A DNA stretch of 64,000 nucleotides, from IMG/VR virus record IMGVR_UViG_3300025401_000012. One strand, 5' to 3'. Positions 55,999 through 63,593 of this stretch are shown one piece after another; position 1 is the stretch's first letter; each line of letters opens with the position of its first letter. The translations under genes and the position numbers were made by a program. The notes under the pieces were generated by a model. The model was not told the DNA's origin. It ran no database searches and saw only the letters and a list, made by a program, of their open reading frames with translations. The stretch is from a virus (taxonomy: Duplodnaviria; Caudoviricetes).

Positions 55999-56803
55999 TA
56001 TAACGTAAACCTGCCTTCATAGCTAGTTCTGCTACACGTCGATTATTCAATGCATATACACTTTCTACTCCGCCTACTGGCATAAAATAAACAGCACCTT
56101 CAAATCCTAATGCACGATAAATGTCCATTACTTCTAGTGCTTCGTATGCATCATCTTCTGTGGCAATAACAAATTTTAAATAAGTCGGTCCTACTTCTTG
56201 ATACTCTAAAACAACATCTGGTTTAATAGCATCTTCACGTTTTTCTCCGCTACAGCTTAATTTTGGACTTACACTAAATGTTACAGCACGTGGATAATTA
56301 TTTCTAATAGACCATTCACTTAGATAGTCTTTAAATTCTTGTGTTAAATTTTGAGTACCATTAGTTTCAAATGTAATTTCTTTTAAATTACGCATGTCAG
56401 TATGATCGAGCAAGTCTGGATAGGCTTTCTGCCAACCTAACAAAGGTTCACCGCCTGTAATTACAAGATGCTCATCTAACCATGTTTTGTAAGGAAGAAT
56501 TTCCATAATACGATTTACAATAGCATCACTGGTAAGCATTGGACTGAGATCTTTAAAGCTAGGATGCCAACTAGCATAACTGTCACATCCTGTACTAACT
56601 AAAGGTAGTTCTTCGTACTTATTAAAGTGGAACGCCACTTGTGCAATATCGTCGGCTTCGGTACTAAGTTCGCCTCGAGGCATACCAAAGCCTGCACATT
56701 TAAAGTTACAACCAAATGTGCGCAAGAAAACAGACGGTACTCCCATGTATCGTCCTTCACCTTGAATACTATAAAATAATTCTGCTATTTTTAATTTACT
56801 CAT
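55952..56803 (-). CDS. queE: 7-carboxy-7-deazaguanine synthase (radical SAM)
   Basis: ELFYSIQGEG..G.PSVFLR..GCNF.C...CD, VITGGEP, ETNGT, SPKL. Confidence 0.92.
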   Translation of the reverse strand: MSKLKIAELFYSIQGEGRYMGVPSVFLRTFGCNFKCAGFGMPRGELSTEADDIAQVAFHFNKYEELPLVSTGCDSYASWHPSFKDLSPMLTSDAIVNRIMEILPYKTWLDEHLVITGGEPLLGWQKAYPDLLDHTDMRNLKEITFETNGTQNLTQEFKDYLSEWSIRNNYPRAVTFSVSPKLSCSGEKREDAIKPDVVLEYQEVGPTYLKFVIATEDDAYEALEVMDIYRALGFEGAVYFMPVGGVESVYALNNRRVAELAMKAGLRYSDRLQVPLFKNEWGT

Positions 56804-57050
56804 CTTCGTCTCTTTCTAAATATTGACTTACTTGATCTTCTGCATCTTGTATACTTTCGGCCCATACTGTAAATGTAGCAATACCTTTACTAGCACTGAT
56901 ATTAAAAGGAACAGTACCATTGGGCAACCAATTGGGACCAACTTCACGTTTAATCTCAAACTTATTTAGGTCTGTAGTTTTCATACGATAAATTAATTCG
57001 TCGGTTAATTGTTTTGCGTTAGTCATTATTTTTTGTCCTCCCATTTCCAC
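56796..57050 (-). CDS. Hypothetical protein
   Basis: Short ORF coupled to queE. Confidence 0.65.
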   Translation of the reverse strand: MEMGGQKIMTNAKQLTDELIYRMKTTDLNKFEIKREVGPNWLPNGTVPFNISASKGIATFTVWAESIQDAEDQVSQYLERDEDE

Positions 57051-57217
57051 GGCTTGTCATTTCCTGCCCAATCTTGGACATCACAACTCCAACACATTAA
57101 ACGATTATAGGTTGGATACAACCAACCTAAATCAAACCAGTGCATTGGAAAACTAATCCAATGCCCTAAGTAGTATAACACTTCACTTAGTATTCTTGCA
57201 AATACTTTTTTAATCAT
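57026..57217 (-). CDS. Small Trp-rich hypothetical protein
   Basis: ATGA overlap with the folE stop. Confidence 0.6.
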   Translation of the reverse strand: MIKKVFARILSEVLYYLGHWISFPMHWFDLGWLYPTYNRLMCWSCDVQDWAGNDKPWKWEDKK

Positions 57218-57984
57218 TTTGAAGCATACTCTTGTTGCATTTTGATATTGTCAAAGAATTCTTTCTTTGTACCCATATCGTCTTTAAACGCACCTTTTAA
57301 TACTGTAGTCTGTGTTAAACTACTCTTAGCCATAATACCACGATTCTCACAGCAACCATGTGTCATTTGAATATAAACACCTAAGTCTGTTGCTCCGGTA
57401 GCTTTACCAATCTCGCGGGCAATGTCATTACAAAGTTCCTCCTGGAGAGTTCCACGTCGGGCACACCACTGTGCAATCCTGGTATACTTGCTAAGTCCGA
57501 TGAGTTTCTGCGCCGCAATAATACCAATATAAGCAACACCAACAACGGGTTGGTGATGATGGCTACACATACTGCGGAGCTCACTACGAACAACCAACAT
57601 ACCTTCGTAACGATCCACCGAATCATTTGGAAATGCTGTTGCGTCTGGTGCTGTGTCATATCTTCCTGCCATTATTTCATTAAAGTACATTTTAGCAAGA
57701 CGCTTTGCTGTACCTTTAGAGTTTGGATCTGTTTCTCGATCAATAAGCAACCGATCTAATACAGTTTCAAATGCCTCAGTTGCTTCTTCAATTAGTTTTG
57801 CTTTGTCTTCTTCGCTAACATAGTCGCTGATATTATCGCCAGCCCAAAAGCGTTTGCCTTCGCGTTTCATTTTAAATCGAAGATGATCTCCAAGATATGC
57901 TTCTTTATATTCTTTATTGTCATCGTCTTGCTGGTTAGCACCAGCTAACACATTTTTTAAATCTTCTGTTGTAAATGTAGTCAA
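57214..57984 (-). CDS. folE: GTP cyclohydrolase I
   Basis: RSMCSHHHQP..G.AYIG, IGLSKY.RI....ARR..LQE, HGC...RG. TTG start with a GGAG SD. Confidence 0.95.
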   Translation of the reverse strand: MTTFTTEDLKNVLAGANQQDDDNKEYKEAYLGDHLRFKMKREGKRFWAGDNISDYVSEEDKAKLIEEATEAFETVLDRLLIDRETDPNSKGTAKRLAKMYFNEIMAGRYDTAPDATAFPNDSVDRYEGMLVVRSELRSMCSHHHQPVVGVAYIGIIAAQKLIGLSKYTRIAQWCARRGTLQEELCNDIAREIGKATGATDLGVYIQMTHGCCENRGIMAKSSLTQTTVLKGAFKDDMGTKKEFFDNIKMQQEYASK

Positions 57985-58004
57985 TTGATTCTCCTATCTG
58001 TTAT

Positions 58005-58033
58005 ATTATATAGGTTTATTTAGGTTTATTCAA
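58005..58033 (-). promoter_or_regulatory. Sigma70-type promoter of folE with a nested late-type box
   Basis: TTGAAT (58028-58033), 17 bp, TATAAT (58005-58010). The spacer lies in a 10-bp direct repeat (TAGGTTTATT x2) that contains CTAAATA on -. Confidence 0.6.
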
Positions 58034-58234
58034 GATATTTTCTGCTCGAAGTTTGCGACAAGCTTCTTTAACTGGTATAGGATAATCTGGACTTATTTCT
58101 GCTATTGAACAATCATACTTAACAACCACATGTGGATGTGTATAATTGTAGTAAACGGCAAATACTACTAGTAGTATTCCTAGTAGTAATACACTATAAA
58201 AGTCTAAATTCTGTCTGAAAGTAGAATCTTGCAT
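58016..58234 (-). CDS. Small membrane protein
   Basis: One TM helix, then C-SIAEISPD.P..VKEACR. Confidence 0.6.
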   Translation of the reverse strand: MQDSTFRQNLDFYSVLLLGILLVVFAVYYNYTHPHVVVKYDCSIAEISPDYPIPVKEACRKLRAENILNKPK

Positions 58235-58407
58235 AATTCATAATCCTTTTTAGAATTAAAATAAAACGCCATATCTTCATATCTTGGATGATATGTATAA
58301 CGTTCTCCGGGTAAACCAAACACTTCTACTACATCAGCACAGGTGTCATTCCACCAATTATTATCTTGATTATGCCATGGTATTGTAATTTTAAAGTTTT
58401 CTTTCAT
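58204..58407 (-). CDS. Hypothetical protein
   Basis: Probable start MKENF at 58407. Confidence 0.6.
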   Translation of the reverse strand: MKENFKITIPWHNQDNNWWNDTCADVVEVFGLPGERYTYHPRYEDMAFYFNSKKDYELCKILLSDRI

Positions 58408-58549
58408 TACGTTTGGCTTCTGCAAGTTGCTCTTCTAAATATTCTTTGTAAAAATTTAAAGTATCTATTGCTTTGATATCGTTAATTTTTTTTAAATCCT
58501 CATTAACAGATGCAATTTTTTCTTCTAATTCTTTAACAGATAATGTCAT
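58391..58549 (-). CDS. 52-aa coiled-coil protein (below the ORF-track cutoff)
   Basis: Translated by hand: MTLSVKELEEKIASVNEDLKKINDIKAIDTLNFYKEYLEEQLAEAKRNERKL. ATGA overlap with the upstream stop; fills the gap exactly. Confidence 0.65.
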   Translation of the reverse strand: MTLSVKELEEKIASVNEDLKKINDIKAIDTLNFYKEYLEEQLAEAKRNERKL

Positions 58550-58776
58550 TTTCTAAATTTTCCTGCAACACTACTACCGAATAATATATTAAAGGCCAAC
58601 CAAGTTTGCCAAGTTAACGGAATATTTAAATACTGAGGGAACAGGGTATTCAAACTCCAAATTCCGATAATTGGACCAATAGCAAGAGCAATGATAATAA
58701 ATGCAATGCCAATTAATAATTTTATTAATGCTGAAGTCATAACCAAAAATTCTCCCAAGGATAAACTAACCAACAA
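58546..58776 (-). CDS. Small two-TM membrane protein
   Basis: Hydrophobic ORF, IWSLNTLFP...IP..W.TW.A; real start is probably at MTSAL. Confidence 0.65.
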   Translation of the reverse strand: MLVSLSLGEFLVMTSALIKLLIGIAFIIIALAIGPIIGIWSLNTLFPQYLNIPLTWQTWLAFNILFGSSVAGKFRK

Positions 58777-59231
58777 TCTTCATCTCTTTTGTCTACAGTC
58801 CAAACATAATAGTCTGGATCTTTAAATTCACTGCCTAAGTTATGAGTCAATACTGCAAATCGAACATTGTCGCCCCATACATGATCCCATATACTAGTAT
58901 TGCCGGGCAAGCAACTCGCTTGCCAGTCTTTTTTGATCCAGGCTACTGTAGAGCCTTGATCATTGATATCATCTACTACTAATATCTTAGTACCTTCGTA
59001 AGCATCCTCTGCCATGCTACAATTACTAACGCAATCACCACCGTCACGAAGGCTAACGTCTAGGCTTGACATTTTAATGCCAGTATATTGACTAAGCAAA
59101 TTAGCTGGTACAAGTCCACCACGGGTTATACCCACAATATAGTCAGGCTTCCAATCGTGTGCTGACATTTGGCGAGCAATATCCAATACCGCTCCTTCGA
59201 CTTGTTGCCAGGTATAATATACTTTCTTCAT
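58737..59231 (-). CDS. Purine phosphoribosyltransferase (Gpt-like, type I PRTase)
   Basis: IVGITRGGLVPA and the PRPP-binding loop ILVVDDINDQGST; C-terminal W.VYPWE. Confidence 0.88.
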   Translation of the reverse strand: MKKVYYTWQQVEGAVLDIARQMSAHDWKPDYIVGITRGGLVPANLLSQYTGIKMSSLDVSLRDGGDCVSNCSMAEDAYEGTKILVVDDINDQGSTVAWIKKDWQASCLPGNTSIWDHVWGDNVRFAVLTHNLGSEFKDPDYYVWTVDKRDEDCWLVYPWENFWL

Positions 59232-59506
59232 GCAGTTAACCCGTACGCCAGTGCCTGTAATTCTTCTGTAGTCATGAAATAATTATACGTAGCCGTATCA
59301 GTTATTTCACCATCCTTTAGAGTTTGTTGTTCTAAATTAATACTAAACAACCCTTTTGGGGCAAGTACTTCGTGCTTTTTCAACACAAGACGAAATCCTT
59401 CGTGTTCCTTGATAATCATTTCTTTATAAGTATCTTTAACTGATTCATGTAGTTCCATCGTCATCTCCTTTAATTGCTTCAAATGTTCTGTATTTGCCCA
59501 AAGCAT
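59228..59506 (-). CDS. Hypothetical protein
   Basis: Probable start MELHE; coupled to the PRTase gene. Confidence 0.6.
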   Translation of the reverse strand: MLWANTEHLKQLKEMTMELHESVKDTYKEMIIKEHEGFRLVLKKHEVLAPKGLFSINLEQQTLKDGEITDTATYNYFMTTEELQALAYGLTA

Positions 59507-59813
59507 TTATGTACTGATCGTACAATTCTTTGAGCTTTGGATGTTTATGTTCTAGTTTAACATCTCTTTCAGGGATTTGCAATACTGTTTCGATTGTCTT
59601 TAACCGTTCTTCTAAATCAACTCCGTTAATAACCATGTTACCTTTAACTTCTATGGTAGGCGGATTGGTTTGATTAATTATCATTACTTCACTGTTTGGA
59701 ACACTTGTACCAGTAGTCCAAACAGTATTTGTACCAGTTGATGTTAGGTAAGCACCGTTTGGTATAGCGGTCGTATTAGTTGTGGTTGGGAAGTAGGCCA
59801 TTCTTTCTATCAC
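59445..59813 (-). CDS. Hypothetical protein (Thr-rich N-terminus, helical C-terminus)
   Basis: ORF track; C-terminal HPKLKELYDQY resembles the end of 60236..60652. Confidence 0.65.
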   Translation of the reverse strand: MIERMAYFPTTTNTTAIPNGAYLTSTGTNTVWTTGTSVPNSEVMIINQTNPPTIEVKGNMVINGVDLEERLKTIETVLQIPERDVKLEHKHPKLKELYDQYINALGKYRTFEAIKGDDDGTT

Positions 59814-60270
59814 TTAGATATTTTTCAAAGTGGATCCATTTATTTTCAACAATAAATCCCCACTCACGTTGACGTTTGCCTACAAAGAACAATGTCCAAG
59901 GAGTAACGCCTTCTTTTAATTCAATACGATGGAAGGTATGTGTGTTACCAAAACGGAAACTACCTGGGCCACGCCACACTCTTACTTCGCAATTCTTTGT
60001 ACCGTCTTCGTTAAACTGTGCGATCCACTCATAGTAGCCACCAGCAAGAATAATAGTAAAGTAATTCCATGGATGATCATGAACGTCATCTGGATCTGAC
60101 TTTAAGAACTTGTGTAAAAATACATTATAAGGAAATGTTACACGTTCTTTAAAAAGAACATAGTAACGTTCCAAGTATGGCTCGTTTTCTGTACGATCCA
60201 TAATAATGCGTTTACGGTCATGGCGTTCAAGCCAATTAAGGAATTGGTCTTTGATCTTCTGGAGTATCAT
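59776..60270 (-). CDS. Cupin-fold metalloprotein
   Basis: H..HDHPW...T.IL.GGY.E and H.FHRIEL...WTLF..G...R.WGF cupin motifs. Confidence 0.75.
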   Translation of the reverse strand: MILQKIKDQFLNWLERHDRKRIIMDRTENEPYLERYYVLFKERVTFPYNVFLHKFLKSDPDDVHDHPWNYFTIILAGGYYEWIAQFNEDGTKNCEVRVWRGPGSFRFGNTHTFHRIELKEGVTPWTLFFVGKRQREWGFIVENKWIHFEKYLSDRKNGLLPNHN

Positions 60271-60652
60271 AGTGGTCTTTCACTAGTTTATATGTTGTCT
60301 TAAATTTTTCAAATGCTATTTTTAATCCGGGATATTCTTCACACATCTTTTGTACTTTATTCCAATCAGGAAATTGATCCTTCCATTCTTCAGGTAACTG
60401 AAAACTATATGCTTTTATGTCGTCTGTCGATAACGAACTAATGCTAATAGTACCGCTACTGGTAAGACCTGAACCGATATTATACCCGCCACCAGCTATT
60501 GTATTATAGTAATAATTAGAACTAGAAGTACCTATTGTTACATTATTGATACCGCCACTTGCTACTGATATATTAGCAAATGTGCTAGTATCGATAGTTA
60601 TTGTATCAGTTGAGGTTATTGAGTAACTCTGTGGCACTGAAGAAGTTGTCAT
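60236..60652 (-). CDS. Hypothetical protein (Ser/Thr/Gly-rich N-terminus)
   Basis: ORF track; C-terminal MCEEYPGLKIAFEKF. Confidence 0.65.
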   Translation of the reverse strand: MTTSSVPQSYSITSTDTITIDTSTFANISVASGGINNVTIGTSSSNYYYNTIAGGGYNIGSGLTSSGTISISSLSTDDIKAYSFQLPEEWKDQFPDWNKVQKMCEEYPGLKIAFEKFKTTYKLVKDHYDTPEDQRPIP

Positions 60653-61697
60653 GTAAGTCCTTTGATTGTTTTCGGATCACAGGAATTCTTGTTGCATAAT
60701 TATCCATATGTTCCATTATCTTGCGACACAAATCCGGCCTGTAAACAGTATAAGCATCAAAACTTTCAGTCCATTTACTTGGATATTTAAATGTGTCGTA
60801 ATACATTTCTGTATAACTTAAACGATCCGGAACCATAGGAATAGCATCAACTACTGCACCTTCATAGCAACTAATGCCTAGTGTTTCTTGTAAGTTAGCA
60901 CTAAACACCATCTTCGCTTCGCCTAACAAGTTATGATATTCATTTTTTGTTAGTTGTTGATCCTGACACACTACAAATTCATACTGCGGTAAGTGTGTAG
61001 CTAAGTCTCGAAAAATCTCAACTTGCTTCTCGGGTGCAATACGATGCGGAAAAAGAATTAGGTCACGCTTGGGCATGTTCTTATATACAGTTAATGTATC
61101 TTCCATATACTCCATCGGCCAACCTGTGCGTACATATTTGCCAGACTCTAGCATATCTGCCTTGTCCTCTTCTTCCCATGGATTTTCAACCATTCCATCA
61201 TTTAATAAATTATGATGAAACATGTCAATATGGAATTGAGTAGCAAAGTAATTGTGATCAAATGCCGCAAAGAAACTTTTTTCAGCATGTCTAACCCAAG
61301 GCTTATTGCCAACAAGACGTCCAAGAAAATCTTGAGGATCATAACTGCCAGCATGCCAAAGTCCGTGTGTAACTACTGGAATGTTCAGCAGTTCGCTCAT
61401 GTATTTTAAGTTTATGATACCAGGATGCCAAGCATCAGTAAACAAGAAATGATCGCCAGGCTGAACTGATCCGGAGCAAAATAAACGCCCCATTTGTTCC
61501 ACTTGACTAGACTTATAGATATTGGTACCACCAAAATTAAGGAAAGCACCAGGAGTAGTGGCTGTAGGAATATCCGTAGGGCCAGATAGAATTTGAACAT
61601 TGTGTCCTGCCTTTCGTAAGAGATTAGGTACATGAGTCTTCCATTGACCCGTGTACCTAGTTTCTACCGCTTCTAGATCAATTAGAAAAACGTTCAT
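60606..61697 (-). CDS. GT-B-fold glycosyltransferase-like protein in the deazaguanine cluster
   Basis: Two Rossmann-like halves; ILFPHRIAPEKQ and VFSA.LQETLGIS.YEG...AIP.VPDRLSY.E resemble the GT4-type E-x7-E nucleotide-sugar loop. Confidence 0.7.
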   Translation of the reverse strand: MNVFLIDLEAVETRYTGQWKTHVPNLLRKAGHNVQILSGPTDIPTATTPGAFLNFGGTNIYKSSQVEQMGRLFCSGSVQPGDHFLFTDAWHPGIINLKYMSELLNIPVVTHGLWHAGSYDPQDFLGRLVGNKPWVRHAEKSFFAAFDHNYFATQFHIDMFHHNLLNDGMVENPWEEEDKADMLESGKYVRTGWPMEYMEDTLTVYKNMPKRDLILFPHRIAPEKQVEIFRDLATHLPQYEFVVCQDQQLTKNEYHNLLGEAKMVFSANLQETLGISCYEGAVVDAIPMVPDRLSYTEMYYDTFKYPSKWTESFDAYTVYRPDLCRKIMEHMDNYATRIPVIRKQSKDLHDNFFSATELLNNLN

Positions 61698-61938
61698 TGT
61701 TATTATAACGTGGATTTTTACCTAAATAAGGTTTACGTTCGCCTGTGTAAGGCTTTTTAGGGCGACGTGTTTTATCAAAATTACGCCATTGCCAGCTTTC
61801 TCTGTTATAAAGATGAGCCTCATCGAACGGTGCCCCCTCCATCTTACACCAATCTAAAAATGCTTCGAGATCTTCAAAGATTTTAACGATATCGGGGCGG
61901 GCTTCGAAATAACTAAAGTCCTTGTAGTTTGTAGCCAT
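61678..61938 (-). CDS. Hypothetical protein
   Basis: 86-aa ORF with a basic C-terminus, between the QueD-like gene and the GT gene. Confidence 0.7.
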   Translation of the reverse strand: MATNYKDFSYFEARPDIVKIFEDLEAFLDWCKMEGAPFDEAHLYNRESWQWRNFDKTRRPKKPYTGERKPYLGKNPRYNNNERFSN

Positions 61939-61949
61939 TATAGCTTTCC

Positions 61950-62339
61950 TTAATATTTAATAAATGAACCATTTTCTCCATCTTCGGAGACCTCAATCCA
62001 AACCTCGCGGTTGGGATACTTTTGTGAAATCATGTCATATAAATCATCTGACATCATCTCGCAACTTTTATAATCTAGTTTTAGTATACTGTCTTTGTAT
62101 AAATTTTCCAACCAGCGTTTAAACTGGATGAATTCGACATCACGGTCGTTGTGGGTAACTGAAAGCCAAACGCGAAAATGGAATATATGACGATGAGGAG
62201 TAGCCAAAAACGATACATCATATTCATCTCCTGTTGCTAGGTTAGGATCTGTTGCGGCTGCTGGATAAGCGTGAATGCCTTCCTTTTGAAAAGTAACCCA
62301 GATCATTTTGTTTGGTCTAATATCTTGTTTAATGTTCAT
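61950..62339 (-). CDS. QueD-like T-fold protein with LxxxHRHxF motif (DpdL-type, predicted CDG decarboxylase)
   Basis: FLATPHRHIFHF, HNDRDVEFIQFK and SCEMM..DL. It lacks the CxxxHGH of canonical QueD. The DpdL assignment is from memory of the motif. Confidence 0.7.
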   Translation of the reverse strand: MNIKQDIRPNKMIWVTFQKEGIHAYPAAATDPNLATGDEYDVSFLATPHRHIFHFRVWLSVTHNDRDVEFIQFKRWLENLYKDSILKLDYKSCEMMSDDLYDMISQKYPNREVWIEVSEDGENGSFIKY

Positions 62340-62916
62340 TATAATTCTTTTTTAATTGTTCAAATGTGATATCTGTAATCTTATACATAAGAGTATATCT
62401 TATACCGTTATAAAATCGAGACATCGGCTTAACCATGTGTAATTGATTACTTGGAAATATTAATGTTTTATTATACGCTGGTATAATTGCAGTGTCAATG
62501 GTAATTGGTTTATTAAAATGATTTGGAATATGTTCGTCATTGCCTAAATCATTATAATAAAAATTATAAAGTATTGTTTCACCCCCCCAAGTAATGTTCC
62601 ATGTATCAGTGATAAAATTTATTACAGTAACACCGTCGTCTGTTTCGGTATCAAAATGAGCACCAGGTTCTAGTCCAAATGTTTGTGCATTAATATACGT
62701 GTTGCCACGTTTGCCGGCATACGAAAATTTATTACTAAATTGATCCCACATAGTTTCAATTAATGAATTTAATTGGGTATCTGGATTACTTTGATTCCAA
62801 TAATATGAACCTACAATATCTCTCCAAAAATATTTAAATGGGCTATCTTTAAGAATTTGATAAAATTTCTTATAAGTACTTGCCTCGTAAGTATTTTCTA
62901 AAATAAGATAACTCAT
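62329..62916 (-). CDS. 2OG-Fe(II) oxygenase
   Basis: HxD (AHFD), W...WGGET, P..N...IFPS..LH.V, RYTL. Confidence 0.85.
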   Translation of the reverse strand: MSYLILENTYEASTYKKFYQILKDSPFKYFWRDIVGSYYWNQSNPDTQLNSLIETMWDQFSNKFSYAGKRGNTYINAQTFGLEPGAHFDTETDDGVTVINFITDTWNITWGGETILYNFYYNDLGNDEHIPNHFNKPITIDTAIIPAYNKTLIFPSNQLHMVKPMSRFYNGIRYTLMYKITDITFEQLKKNYNEH

Positions 62917-63593
62917 AATTTTTTTAAACGTTGAATAGGATAATTATTAACTTGGAGTCTATCAATAAAAATTACTAAAGTCAATCTTTCATCAGTTGCA
63001 TCAAAATTATTTGCACCGTGAAACATTTGCGAGTCAAATGCAATAAGCCTGTTGAATTTATTTTTAATTACTATTGATTCTTTAAACTGCGCATTATGCT
63101 CCAACCTAAATTCTTCCATACTTTCTATAAGGTCGGTATTATCGAATGATTCTTTCTTTTTATCGGTATGCATAGCTACTGCAATTTCTGTTTTTTTCTC
63201 GTATAGTGTTGTTCCTGATGTAGGATCAGCATCATCATTTAAAAAAATAATAACTGTTATTAGCTCTGCATCAGTATGAATCCACCCGTCTTTGTATAGT
63301 TTATTAGTTTTTTGAAAACTACCATTAGCATGCCAAACAATATTAGTATTTGAATGATCGTAATATAAACTTAAAAATTTATTTACAATATAACCTAGCA
63401 TATCTTTATTAATTACATCTAATAATTCTGATCTTTCACCGGGCCACTGGTTTTGTGTATCCTTGGCATAAGATAAACTTAGTGCATAATTTTTAACCCA
63501 CAGTGGATCGTCAAAGAAATCGTCTAGTACAGTAATAGTAGGTAAAATATAATGCGAGGTCATACTTCTTTGTCTTGAGTATATTGATCCCAA
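62913..63593 (-). CDS. 2OG-Fe(II) oxygenase (prolyl-hydroxylase-like)
   Basis: V.DDFFDDP, WPG.RS, GWIHTD, GTTLY, N.FNRL..FD...FHG, RLT.V.F. Confidence 0.82.
   Translation of the reverse strand: MGSIYSRQRSMTSHYILPTITVLDDFFDDPLWVKNYALSLSYAKDTQNQWPGERSELLDVINKDMLGYIVNKFLSLYYDHSNTNIVWHANGSFQKTNKLYKDGWIHTDAELITVIIFLNDDADPTSGTTLYEKKTEIAVAMHTDKKKESFDNTDLIESMEEFRLEHNAQFKESIVIKNKFNRLIAFDSQMFHGANNFDATDERLTLVIFIDRLQVNNYPIQRLKKL

Noticed and set aside
2641-57984. Inteins or introns in gp46, gp47, thyX, rnh, queE or folE
   Set aside because: Protein lengths and motif spacing are normal, with no C/S...HN splice motifs and no split genes.
6309-63279. The many short antisense or nested ORFs in the track (e.g. 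6309..6656, 11018..11410, 32224..32559, 49951..50307, 55051..55707, 61412..61633)
   Set aside because: They lie opposite or inside well-supported genes and show no independent motifs or SD sites.
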